Assembly: GCA_025963875.1 (NCBI GenBank)
Contig: JAOPZY010000162.1
Span: 1 to 43,988, forward strand
DNA: 43,988 bases
DNA from: Actinomycetota bacterium
Lineage (GTDB): Bacteria > Actinomycetota > CADDZG01 > JAHWKV01 > JAOPZY01
Reading direction: 5' to 3'
Part shown: positions 1 to 8,628 of the stretch, in pieces
Numbering within the stretch: position 1 is the stretch's first letter
Layout of the letters: each line of letters opens with the position of its first letter
Notes under the pieces: model-generated
What the model was told of the DNA's origin: nothing
What the model saw: the letters and a program-made list of their open reading frames with translations, nothing else
Databases searched by the model: none
Made by a program: the position numbers and the translations under genes

Positions 1-25
1 GTCATGGCGGAGGCCGGCCGGCACC

Positions 26-31
26 TACAAT
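26..31 (+). promoter_or_regulatory. Probable -10 element (TACAAT) of the tRNA gene
   Basis: TACAAT ends 18 nt upstream of the mature tRNA 5' end; no clear -35 is visible. Confidence 0.45.
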
Positions 32-49
32 GAGGATCGCTGGGAGCTC

Positions 50-123
50 GCTGGTGTGGCGCAACTCGGTAGCGCAACCGACTTGTAATCGGTAGGTTCC
101 CGGTTCGAATCCGGGCACCAGCT
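50..123 (+). tRNA. tRNA-Thr (anticodon UGU)
   Basis: Cloverleaf: acceptor GCTGGTG/CACCAGC, D arm GCGC..GCGC, anticodon stem ACCGA-CTTGTAA-TCGGT, T arm CCCGG-TTCGAAT-CCGGG. CCA is not encoded. Confidence 0.97.
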
Positions 124-334
124 CAACTATGTATGGGCGGTTGCGGGCCGCTGCATTCTTTACTTGTCCTACCGCGCTATGCGCGGTCAGAGAAGCAGAG
201 AATCCTTGGACCCACCACTGCACCTCCACAACGAGCGCCACTACGCGGCCGCGTAGTCGTACTGCCCTCTCGAATCAGAGGGGCACCTCCGGGTAGCACA
301 ATGGGAGAGCCCACACTCCACCCGGGAGGTCCTC

Positions 335-1717
335 ATGCCCATCGCAACCATCGACCCCACCACGGGCGAGACGGTCAAGGTCTACGACGCGCTATCGGAC
401 TCGGAGCTTGAAGCCCGGGTCGCCCTTGCCGCCAAGGCGTTTCCACAGTTTCGGGCCACCACGTTCGCCGAACGGGCAGAGATCCTCAACTCGGTGGCCA
501 AGATCCTCGACAGCGAGATCGAGGACTCGGCCCAGATCATCACCCTGGAGATGGGCAAGCTGCTGAAGGCCGCCCGGGCGGAAGTGGCCAAGTGCGCCCA
601 CACGTTCCGCTACTACGCCCGCCACGGCGAGGCGTTCCTGGCGGACGAGCCGGCCGACGCAAAAGCCGTGCAGGCCCAGCAGGCGTACGTCCGCTACGAG
701 CCGCTCGGCCCCGTCCTGGCGGTCATGCCGTGGAACTTCCCCCTCTTTCAGGTCACCCGCTTCCTGGCCCCCGGCCTCATGGCCGGCAACGTGGCGCTGC
801 TGAAGCACGCGTCCAACGTGCCCCAGACCGCCCTGTACCTCGAGGACGTCTTCGAGCGGGCCGGCGCCCCCCGGGGCGTCTTCCAGACGCTGCTCATCGG
901 TTCGGATGCTGTGGAGCGCGTGCTGCGCGACAAGCGCATCCGGGCGGCCACCCTCACCGGTAGCTCCCCCGCCGGCTCCGCGGTGGCGAAGGTAGCCGGC
1001 GAGGAGGTCAAGAAGACGGTGCTGGAGCTGGGAGGCAGCGACCCGTTCGTCGTGCTGCCGTCTGCAGACCTGGAAGCCGCGGTCAAGGTCGGCGTCGCCG
1101 CTCGGTGCCAGAACAACGGCCAGAGCTGCATCGCCGCCAAGCGCTTCATCATCCACGAGGACATCGCAGATGAGTACGAGCGGCGCTTCATCGAGACGAT
1201 GTCGTCGCTCAAGGTGGGGGACCCGGTCGACCCCTCGACCGACATCGGCCCGCTCGCCACCGAGCAGGGCCGCCAGCTCGTCCAGGAACAGGTGGGCGAC
1301 GCCATCAGCAAGGGCGCGGTCCTGCATTGCGGCGGCCAACCGTTGGAGGGTCCGGGCTGGTTCTATCCGCCGACCGTCCTCAGCGGCATCACCCCGGACA
1401 TGCGGTTGTTCCAGGAAGAGGTGTTCGGTCCGGTGGCCCAGCTCTACCGGGTGGGCAGCGTCGGGGAAGCCCTCGACCTGGCCAACATCACCGACTACGG
1501 GCTGGGCTCCAACGTGTGGACCACCGATCCCGGCGAGCAGCAGCAGTTCATCGAGGGGTTCGAGGCCGGCCTGGTGTTCGTCAACGGCGCCACCACGTCC
1601 TATCCGGAGCTTCCCTTCGGCGGGATCAAGGCGTCCGGCTACGGTCGGGAGCTCGCTGACCACGGCATCAAGGAGTTCTGCAACGTCAAGACCGTGTGGG
1701 TCGGCGAACGGAGATGA
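335..1717 (+). CDS. gabD: NAD(P)-dependent succinate-semialdehyde dehydrogenase-like aldehyde dehydrogenase
   Basis: ALDH motifs PWNFP, LKHASNVP, LELGGSDP, NNGQSCIAAKR (catalytic Cys), EEVFGP, PFGGIKASGYGREL; GGAGG RBS. Confidence 0.9.
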   Translation: MPIATIDPTTGETVKVYDALSDSELEARVALAAKAFPQFRATTFAERAEILNSVAKILDSEIEDSAQIITLEMGKLLKAARAEVAKCAHTFRYYARHGEAFLADEPADAKAVQAQQAYVRYEPLGPVLAVMPWNFPLFQVTRFLAPGLMAGNVALLKHASNVPQTALYLEDVFERAGAPRGVFQTLLIGSDAVERVLRDKRIRAATLTGSSPAGSAVAKVAGEEVKKTVLELGGSDPFVVLPSADLEAAVKVGVAARCQNNGQSCIAAKRFIIHEDIADEYERRFIETMSSLKVGDPVDPSTDIGPLATEQGRQLVQEQVGDAISKGAVLHCGGQPLEGPGWFYPPTVLSGITPDMRLFQEEVFGPVAQLYRVGSVGEALDLANITDYGLGSNVWTTDPGEQQQFIEGFEAGLVFVNGATTSYPELPFGGIKASGYGRELADHGIKEFCNVKTVWVGERR

Positions 1718-1718
1718 G

Positions 1719-2234
1719 ATGACCGACGACGCTACCCCCCAGGTCAAGCTGCTCCACATCTACCTGAACGACCACCTCGCCGGCTCGGCCGCGGGCTCGG
1801 AGCTCGCCCGACGGTGCCGGGACAACAACCGGGGCACGCCCCTCGCCGAGTTCCTCGACGGGCTGCTCAGGCAGATCGAGGAGGACCAGCTGGCTCTGGA
1901 GGGAATCATGGACGTCCTTGGAGCCCCCAGGAACCCGGCGAAGCTGGCCGCTGCATGGCTGGCCGAGAAGGTTGGCCGCCTCAAGCTGAACGGCCAGCTG
2001 CTCCAGTACTCCGACCTGAGCCGGTTGCTGGAGCTGGAGGGCCTCGGCCTCGGCATCCACGGCAAGATGGATCTGTGGCGGGCGTTGATCGCAGTCCGCG
2101 AGGCGTATCCGCCGCTTGCAGATGCCCCGCTTGAGGCACTCGAGCGTCGGGCCGTCGACCAGCTTGCGGGCGTCGAGGAGCAGCAGGCACGGGCGGCGGA
2201 GGTAGCGTTCAAGCCCAGCCGGGTGCCTGCCTGA
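1719..2234 (+). CDS. Conserved helical hypothetical protein (possibly ferritin-like fold)
   Basis: ATG 1 nt after the gabD stop; YLNDHLAGS...EKVGRLKLNG...LSRLLELEGL sequence. The provided ORF start at 1170 is an over-extension. Confidence 0.75.
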   Translation: MTDDATPQVKLLHIYLNDHLAGSAAGSELARRCRDNNRGTPLAEFLDGLLRQIEEDQLALEGIMDVLGAPRNPAKLAAAWLAEKVGRLKLNGQLLQYSDLSRLLELEGLGLGIHGKMDLWRALIAVREAYPPLADAPLEALERRAVDQLAGVEEQQARAAEVAFKPSRVPA

Positions 2235-2294
2235 TCCTAAGAGGCGGTCGCCTGCCACACCGTCTGCCCGACCGGCGGATGGCACCATGGCACG

Positions 2295-2840
2295 GTGCGA
2301 CGTGTGTCGGTGGTGGGGAACTCCGGATCGGGTAAGTCGACGTTGGCAGCCCGGCTTGCCGCACAGCTCGGTGTCCCTCACGTCGAGCTCGACGCCCTCT
2401 TCCATCAGCCCGGCTGGACCGAGCTTTCTGGCCCCGAGTTCCGTCGCCACGTCGCCGCGGCCACCGACGGCGAGGGCTGGGTGATCGACGGCAACTACTC
2501 GGCGGTGCGCCCGCTGGTGTGGCAGCGCGCCGACACCGTCGTGTGGCTGGACCTGCCGAGGGCAGTCGTTCTGCGCCGGATCGTCGGGCGGACCCTCGCC
2601 AGAGCCATCCTGCGAACGACGCTGTGGAACGGCAACCGGGAGCGGTGGCGCAACCTGACGACCCTCGACCCCGAGCAGTCGGTCATCGCCTGGTCCTGGA
2701 CGCACCACGCCACGTACCGGGAACGGTATGGCGGCGCCATGGAAGACCCGGCCTGGGCTCATTGCCGCTTCGTCCGTCTCCGGTCCGCGCGCGAGGTCGA
2801 CGCGTTCCTGGCGGGGGTGGGGGCCGCCCGTAGAACCTAG
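2295..2840 (+). CDS. Adenylate kinase-like / FlaR (topology modulation) family P-loop kinase
   Basis: Walker A GNSGSGKST, ELDALFH, WVIDGNY; CACCAT -10-like hexamer 6 nt before the GTG. Confidence 0.85.
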   Translation: MRRVSVVGNSGSGKSTLAARLAAQLGVPHVELDALFHQPGWTELSGPEFRRHVAAATDGEGWVIDGNYSAVRPLVWQRADTVVWLDLPRAVVLRRIVGRTLARAILRTTLWNGNRERWRNLTTLDPEQSVIAWSWTHHATYRERYGGAMEDPAWAHCRFVRLRSAREVDAFLAGVGAARRT

Positions 2841-2921
2841 TCCGTGGCCGCGCGTCTATGCGCGATTTCGTACTAACTAACGTCGGTCCGGGCTGCTTCA
2901 GGTTCTTGGCGGGAAGCCATC

Positions 2922-2950
2922 TTGGCAATGCCTATTTGCCTGCGTACAAT
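2922..2950 (+). promoter_or_regulatory. Sigma70-type promoter of the TetR gene with internal inverted repeat (putative operator)
   Basis: TTGGCA-17 nt-TACAAT, 6 nt before GTG 2957 (leaderless geometry); GGCAA..TTGCC dyad overlaps the -35 and spacer. Confidence 0.7.
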
Positions 2951-2956
2951 GCAGCC

Positions 2957-3571
2957 GTGGCGACATCGGAGAACGGCAGGCCCTACCACCACGGCGACCT
3001 TCGGCGTGTCCTGCTGGAGGAGGCGGTCGCCTCGCTCCGCGAGTCGGGCCCCGCAGCGTTGAGCCTCCGCGACCTCGCCCGCCAGGCCGGTGTGTCGCAT
3101 GCCGCCCCGGCCCACCATTTCGGGGACAAGCGGGGTCTGCTGACCGCGGTCGCCGCGGAGGGGTTCCGCCGCCTTTCCGCCTCGTTGGGAGCCACCTACG
3201 AGGCGACCCGGGACTTCGCCGAGGTGGGGGTCGCCTACGTCACGTTCGCGGTCGAGGAGCGTCCCTACTTCGACGTCATGTTCCGTCCCGACCTCTACGA
3301 TCCGCATGACCCCGAGCTCGTGGCTGCCCGCTCGGCCTCGGGCGCAGCACTCTACGGACCGGCCGCCGCGCTGCCGGAGACCCCGCTGGAGGCCGGCATC
3401 GCCGCCTGGTCGCTGGTCCACGGGCTGGCGACGCTGGGGCTGGCCGGCAACCTGCCGCCCGAGGTCGGAGGCGACCTGCCCGCAGCGGCACGGCAGGTGA
3501 CGGGCTACCTGTTCCAGGCACGGGAGGCCCCGGAGCGGCCGGCGAAAGCGAAGAAGAAAAAGAAGAAGTGA
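2957..3571 (+). CDS. TetR/AcrR family regulator (WHG-type C-terminal domain)
   Basis: YHHGDLR start, HTH SLRDLARQAGVSHAAPAHHF, C-terminal AWSLVHG. Confidence 0.92.
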   Translation: MATSENGRPYHHGDLRRVLLEEAVASLRESGPAALSLRDLARQAGVSHAAPAHHFGDKRGLLTAVAAEGFRRLSASLGATYEATRDFAEVGVAYVTFAVEERPYFDVMFRPDLYDPHDPELVAARSASGAALYGPAAALPETPLEAGIAAWSLVHGLATLGLAGNLPPEVGGDLPAAARQVTGYLFQAREAPERPAKAKKKKKK

Positions 3572-3607
3572 GACCCCGAGGCGCCCTTCAAGGCGCCGGA
3601 TAAATCG

Positions 3608-3979
3608 TCAGCCCGCCGGGTCGAACCAGAGTCGTTTGCGGCTGCGCGGGTTGCCGTTGTAGTTGATCGTGATCTCGCTGCCGGGGCTGATCCGCCGGAT
3701 GGCGCTGATGATCAGGACCGGCCCCTGCCCCGCCTGGTCGTAGCGGGCCGTCGGCTTGTAGGAGTGGTTGTAGAGGCTTCCGAAGCCGAGGGCGAGGGCA
3801 CCCTCCCCCTGCCCCCACTCGTAGTAGTAGCCGCTGAAGACCGTCCGGTCGATCAACTCGCGCTGGGGGGAGGGGATCACCAGCACCGGGCACTCCTCGA
3901 TGGGATCACCCGAGGAGAACGGCTCGTCGGTGAAGACCCCGAACCCGTGCAGCGGGGACGGGGCGACGTACAGGCTCAC
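3608..3979 (-). CDS. Bacterial SET-domain protein-lysine methyltransferase
   Basis: SET motifs SPLHGFGVF, LYNHSYKP, GSEITINY; GTG start 11 nt after the upstream gene stop. Confidence 0.88.
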   Translation of the reverse strand: MSLYVAPSPLHGFGVFTDEPFSSGDPIEECPVLVIPSPQRELIDRTVFSGYYYEWGQGEGALALGFGSLYNHSYKPTARYDQAGQGPVLIISAIRRISPGSEITINYNGNPRSRKRLWFDPAG

Positions 3980-3990
3980 GTTTACTTCGG

Positions 3991-4929
3991 TCAGGGGGTG
4001 ATTTCGACGGGGGTGCCGAGGGGGATGGTGTGCATGAGCTTGGCGAAGTCGCCAGGCCCCATCCGGACGCAGCCGTGCGAGGCCGGGGTGCCGAGGATGC
4101 TCGTGTCCTGCCAACCGTGGATGCCGGTCCGACCCCCGCCCGGCCAGTTGTCGAGCACGGGTGAGAAGCCCGAGAGGGCGAAGATGCCGACCGCATACGG
4201 AGCAGAGTTCCAGTCCTGGGTGGCCCAGACGAAGAAGTTGCCGTTCGGCGTCGGGGTCGACGGGGCGCCGACCGCCACCGTGAAGGACTGCTGCACGGCG
4301 CCGTTGTTGTAGAGGTCCAGCTTGAACTGCGACTGGTGGACGCGGATGAAGTACGTCACCGTCCGGGTGGTCACGCTCGAGGCCTGAACCCAGCCGGTGG
4401 AGCCGTTTGGCTTGACCGGGAGCTCGACCTGGTACCAACCCGGCACCGAGGCGTCGGTCACCAGGAGCGCCTCGCGCTGGCCCAGGACGTTGGAGCCGGC
4501 GATGTGGTTGACGACGGGGCCGCCGGTGGGGTTCGCGTAGACCGGCACCGAGGAATCCAGCACATCGGCCACGAGCGACGTGCCGGGGGCCTCTGGCGGC
4601 GGCGCCGGCGGTGGGGCTGGGGGCGCCGGTGGGGCAGGCGGGGGGAACAGGGCATCGAGCAGAGCCTGGAGGCCGTTCTGATCGGCGCTGGTGGCGGCGG
4701 TCGTCGCGGCGCTGGCGACGGCCGCCGACTGGGCGGCGCTGCCGGCCTGGGCCGAGGACGAGAGACCGACAGCCCCCACCACCGCGGAGGCGACCAGCGT
4801 GATCCCCGCGCCGATGGCGAGGGGGAGCCGCAGCCTCGGCGGCACGCTCCAACCCATCCCGTGACGCTGCGGCTCGGCCGGGACGCTGCTCTGCGGTCGC
4901 CAACCGGTTGGTTCGGTGTTCCTCGCCAT
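3991..4929 (-). CDS. L,D-transpeptidase (YkuD family), membrane-anchored
   Basis: N-terminal TM helix, Ala/Pro linker, VAVG..TPTPNG, IHGW...SHGCVRM catalytic motif; GGAGG RBS. Confidence 0.92.
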   Translation of the reverse strand: MARNTEPTGWRPQSSVPAEPQRHGMGWSVPPRLRLPLAIGAGITLVASAVVGAVGLSSSAQAGSAAQSAAVASAATTAATSADQNGLQALLDALFPPPAPPAPPAPPPAPPPEAPGTSLVADVLDSSVPVYANPTGGPVVNHIAGSNVLGQREALLVTDASVPGWYQVELPVKPNGSTGWVQASSVTTRTVTYFIRVHQSQFKLDLYNNGAVQQSFTVAVGAPSTPTPNGNFFVWATQDWNSAPYAVGIFALSGFSPVLDNWPGGGRTGIHGWQDTSILGTPASHGCVRMGPGDFAKLMHTIPLGTPVEITP

Positions 4930-5031
4930 GGCCTACCTCCTGACGGAAATCTGACCTACGTCGCCCTGTGCTGTCAAAGCCGAGTTCTACCCGTTCTGGC
5001 GCCGTCACCTTTCCCGGTTCGAATCGGCCGC

Positions 5032-5062
5032 TTGACTCTCCAGTAACTGGAGGCTCCACAGT
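5032..5062 (+). promoter_or_regulatory. MerR-type promoter/operator
   Basis: TTGACT-19 nt-CACAGT with the perfect dyad CTCCAGT-A-ACTGGAG (5038-5052) in the spacer; ATG lies 6 nt downstream. Confidence 0.8.
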
Positions 5063-5068
5063 GTTCCC

Positions 5069-6028
5069 ATGAACGCAGCAACCACCCGCTTCCCGATCGG
5101 AGAGCTCGCCCGCCTGACGGGGCTTTCCGTCCGGACGATCCGGTTCTACTCGGAGAGCGGGCTGGTGCCCGAAGCCGGCCGGACGCCGGCCGGGTACCGC
5201 ATCTATGACAGGGATGCCGTGGAGCGCCTGGGCCTCGTCCGGACCCTCCGCGACCTCGGCATCGACCTGCCGACCATCCGCAAGGTGCTGGAGCGGGAGG
5301 TGTCGGTGGCCAGCGTGGCCGCGGCCCACGCCGCCGCTCTCGACGTCCAGATCCGGGGACTCAGGCTGCGCCGGGCGGTGTTGCGGGCCGTGGCGGAGCG
5401 AGGTGCAACCAACCCACAGGAGGTGGAGCTGATGAACAAGTTGGCACAGTTGTCCGACGCCGAGCGCCGGCGGATGATCGAGGACTTCCTCGACGACGTC
5501 TTCCGCGGCGTCGATCTCGACCCGAAGTTCGAGCAGGGGATGCGGACCGCAATGCCCGACCTCCCCGAGGAGCCAACGACCGTCCAGGTCGAGGCATGGG
5601 TCGAGCTTGCAGAGCTGGTCGCCCAACCGGATTTCCGCCGGAGGCTCCGCGAGATGGCGGAGCGGGCAGCCACCGAACGGACGGAAGGGCGAGGTCGGGA
5701 GGAAACCTCCGAGACCGCCATCGCCACCGCCAAGATGGTCGCCTCGAGGGCAGGCGAGGCGAAGGCGGCCGGGATCGATCCCGGATCGCCACAGGCCGCC
5801 CCGATCGTCGCCGAGATGATCAGGGACTACGCGGACTCCCTCGGCAAACCTGACAGCCCCGAGTTTCGCCGGTGGCTCATCGGAATGGTCGACACCTTCA
5901 CCGATGCCCGGGCAGAGCGGTACTGGCAGCTGCTGGCGACGATCAACGGCTGGCCAGCCATTCCGAGCGTCGTCCCCGCGTGGGAGTGGTTCGTAGCGGG
6001 GGTCCGGGCCTCGCTCACTGGGAACTAA
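5069..6028 (+). CDS. MerR family transcriptional regulator with long C-terminal effector domain
   Basis: IGELARLTGLSVRTIRFYSESGL...GYRIY HTH. Confidence 0.93.
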   Translation: MNAATTRFPIGELARLTGLSVRTIRFYSESGLVPEAGRTPAGYRIYDRDAVERLGLVRTLRDLGIDLPTIRKVLEREVSVASVAAAHAAALDVQIRGLRLRRAVLRAVAERGATNPQEVELMNKLAQLSDAERRRMIEDFLDDVFRGVDLDPKFEQGMRTAMPDLPEEPTTVQVEAWVELAELVAQPDFRRRLREMAERAATERTEGRGREETSETAIATAKMVASRAGEAKAAGIDPGSPQAAPIVAEMIRDYADSLGKPDSPEFRRWLIGMVDTFTDARAERYWQLLATINGWPAIPSVVPAWEWFVAGVRASLTGN

Positions 6029-6066
6029 GGAGCACATCGCGCACGGACGCGCGACAGGCTCCTAAG
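6025..6066. repeat. REP-like imperfect palindrome between convergent genes
   Basis: CTAAGGAGC..TCGCGC-ACGGAC-GCGCGA..GCTCCTAAG; the core resembles elements at 2849, 24644 and 34935. Confidence 0.65.
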
Positions 6067-6072
6067 CTCGCA

Positions 6073-6930
6073 TTAGAAGTCCGGGGCCGCGGCCAGGTGC
6101 CGTCCGTTGCCGATGGCGCGGGCGGCCCGGGCCGCGGACCTCCGGGGCACCGCCGGCGGCAGTGCGGCGGTCAGGGTGTCGGACCGGAGGCCGAGCCGGA
6201 GGGTCTCGACCCCGATCACGTCGCCGGGGGCCACGTTGCCGAGGTTCACGTTCGGGCCGATCCGGCGGATGAACGCGGCCTGGAGGTCCTTCGTGGGGGC
6301 TTCGAACAGCAGCCGGTCGACGTCGATGCCGGACCCGAGGATCGCGTCGAGCACGTCCGAGCGGAGCTTCCCGTCGGGGTGGCAGATCCCGCTGCGGCCG
6401 CTCTCCCGGGCCTCGGCGATGACCAGGCAGGCGCCGGCGTCGAGGTCCTGGCGGATGTACTCGACCCAGTCCCAGGCCTCCATCCGCTCCGAGCGGGCCG
6501 TGTCCTTCAGCCCCACCTCGGAGAAGACGGTGAACTCGCCGGCGAGCTTGGTCACATAGCTCGCCTTCTCTTCGTTGCTGAGGGCGACGGTGCCATTCGA
6601 GACCTCCACCACCCGGCAGCCCCACGCCCGGCAGAACGCCTGGTACTCGTCGAAGCGGTCCTGCAGCACGTGCTTCTCGAAGAGGGTGCCGCCGAAGAAG
6701 AAGTCGATGCCGTGCTCTTCGAGGGCCGCGATCTTGGCGCCGATATCCGGCGTCGCCACGACGGTGCCCCATCCGAACTTGACGACATCGATCAGCCCGG
6801 CAGTGCTGGCGACGTAGTCCCGGAACGCGCCGGTTGGCAGGCCGTTGTCGATGACCATCGTGATACCAAGAGCTCGAGGCTTGGCCGGCCGGAACGGCAG
6901 GTCCAGGGCGGAGCGGACCAACGGGGTCAT
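6073..6930 (-). CDS. comA: Phosphosulfolactate synthase (ComA family)
   Basis: KPR..GITMVIDNG, KFGWGT, GGTLFE, EVSNG, SEVGLK, EARESG, FEAP, NVNLGNV, ETLRLGLRSDT. Confidence 0.9.
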   Translation of the reverse strand: MTPLVRSALDLPFRPAKPRALGITMVIDNGLPTGAFRDYVASTAGLIDVVKFGWGTVVATPDIGAKIAALEEHGIDFFFGGTLFEKHVLQDRFDEYQAFCRAWGCRVVEVSNGTVALSNEEKASYVTKLAGEFTVFSEVGLKDTARSERMEAWDWVEYIRQDLDAGACLVIAEARESGRSGICHPDGKLRSDVLDAILGSGIDVDRLLFEAPTKDLQAAFIRRIGPNVNLGNVAPGDVIGVETLRLGLRSDTLTAALPPAVPRRSAARAARAIGNGRHLAAAPDF

Positions 6931-6996
6931 CGGGCACCTCCTGGGGCGCTGGTCGATGGATCGGGTAGACGGGGCATGCGGCTCGGGGGGTCGAGG

Positions 6997-8388
6997 TCAG
7001 GCGACGATCGGATAGCCGGAGGTGGTCCACGCACTCATGCCGCCGGCAACGCTCAGCACCCGCCCCGGCCGCAGCGGGGCGAGAAGGCTGGCGGCTACCG
7101 TTGACCGGTAGCCGGTCGAGCAGATGAAGGCCACGGGGTTGTGGTTGGGCACCTGGTCGAGCCGGGCGGGAAGCTCGGCCCCCGTGATGAAGGTGGCTCC
7201 CTCGATGTGGCCGCCCGCCCACTCGGCGGGCTGGCGGACGTCGACCACGTTGACCGCGCGGGCCTCGATCCGGCTACGCAGCTCGTGCACGTCGAGCAGC
7301 GGGAGCATGTCCATCTCCCCGGCGCTCGCCCGCCAGGCGGCCATGCCGCCCGACAGCCAGCCCTCGGGGAGGTCGTAGCCCACGCGCAGCAGCTGCCACG
7401 CGGCTTCCCAGAGCTGCGCCGGTCCGTCGAGCACGAGCAGGACCCGGGCGCCCTCCGGAAGGACCGTGCCGGCCCAGGTCGAGAACGACGGGCCGAGCCC
7501 CACGTTGAGCGCACCGGGGATGTGCCCGCCGGCGAACGCCTCCGGGGACCGGGTGTCGACCACGATCGCCCCGGCGTCGCGATGGCGGCGGAATTCCGAG
7601 GGAACGAGCGCGGGCGGCTCCCAGAGGTCGATCCCCGGCGGTCCGCCCAGGTTCATGCCGCGCATCCGTCGCCAGTAGGGCGGTACGGCCGGGAGGTGGT
7701 CGAGCCGGAGGCACTCCTCGACGAACTCCTCCGAGGAGCTGATCCGGGACAGGACCGGGTTCGTCCGCCGCTCGTACCCGACGGTTGTGGACAGCCGGCT
7801 GCCGATGGTGCCGCCGCAGAGCGACCCCCGGACGTGGGTGGGATAGACCGCCACGTGGTCGCCGAGGCGCCACAGGAGCTGCTGGATGGTGTGGCAGGAA
7901 TCCTGGGCAGCGGAGCGGACGGTGTCGGGGCTCCCCAGCAGGTCGGGCCTGCCCACGTCGCCGACGAGCAGCGCCCCCCCGGAAAGAAGCAGCACCGGGT
8001 CCTCGCCGCGGGAGCGGTCGTAGACCAGCAGGCTCACGTGCTCGGGGGTGTGGCCGGGGGAGTGGATCACTTCGAAGGCGACGTCGCCCATCTCGATGAC
8101 CTCGCCGTCGGTGACGCTGCGGTTGTCGTAGCCGAGGTCGGCACCGGCGAAGCCCAGCACCTCGATGTCCTGGCGGAGGCGCAGCTCCGACAGGCCGCTC
8201 AGGTAGTCGTTGTGCCCGTGGGTGTCGATGGCGTAGGCGATCCGCAGCCCGTGCATCCGGGCGGACTCGAGGTAGACCTCCACGTCCCGGCGGGGATCGA
8301 GCACGAGCGCCCGGCCCGTCCTCTCGTCACCGACGAGATAGGACGCATGGCCCAAACTCTCCAGATAGAACTGCTCGAAGATCATCAT
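6997..8388 (-). CDS. MBL-fold persulfide dioxygenase-like domain fused to two rhodanese domains (CstB/Blh-like)
   Basis: DTHGHNDYLSG, SPGHTPEH, GDVGRPDL, YPTH..GSLCG; two GHIPGA/GHIEGA rhodanese repeats; final CSTGYRS active loop. Confidence 0.9.
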   Translation of the reverse strand: MMIFEQFYLESLGHASYLVGDERTGRALVLDPRRDVEVYLESARMHGLRIAYAIDTHGHNDYLSGLSELRLRQDIEVLGFAGADLGYDNRSVTDGEVIEMGDVAFEVIHSPGHTPEHVSLLVYDRSRGEDPVLLLSGGALLVGDVGRPDLLGSPDTVRSAAQDSCHTIQQLLWRLGDHVAVYPTHVRGSLCGGTIGSRLSTTVGYERRTNPVLSRISSSEEFVEECLRLDHLPAVPPYWRRMRGMNLGGPPGIDLWEPPALVPSEFRRHRDAGAIVVDTRSPEAFAGGHIPGALNVGLGPSFSTWAGTVLPEGARVLLVLDGPAQLWEAAWQLLRVGYDLPEGWLSGGMAAWRASAGEMDMLPLLDVHELRSRIEARAVNVVDVRQPAEWAGGHIEGATFITGAELPARLDQVPNHNPVAFICSTGYRSTVAASLLAPLRPGRVLSVAGGMSAWTTSGYPIVA

Positions 8389-8560
8389 GGACCCCCATTT
8401 TTACCCGGGCCGCTCCCTACATCTGACAGTCTCAGTAGGCCAGGGCTGCCTGGGATATCCGTGAGAGCCGCTTGAGGATTGGCTGTGGATTTGCGGCCCT
8501 TCAAAAACGGCTCTCGCGAGGGCCGCGGGCTATGATCCGGCCTGGGGCGCCCAGGACGAT

Positions 8561-8581
8561 TATGATCGAACAGACGTTCGA
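8561..8581 (+). promoter_or_regulatory. LexA (SOS) box overlapping a TATGAT -10 element
   Basis: TCGAAC-AGAC-GTTCGA (8566-8581) matches the actinobacterial consensus TCGAAC-N4-GTTCGA exactly; TATGAT at 8561-8566. Confidence 0.85.
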
Positions 8582-8628
8582 GGTCAGTGGAGCCAAGGGG
8601 CCCTCAAGCCCCGGATGGGAGCAAACAG

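Noticed and set aside
3608..6037. 809-aa minus-strand ORF ending in a SET domain
   Set aside because: Only the last 123 aa are protein-like; the rest is an off-frame or antisense shadow of the L,D-transpeptidase and MerR genes.
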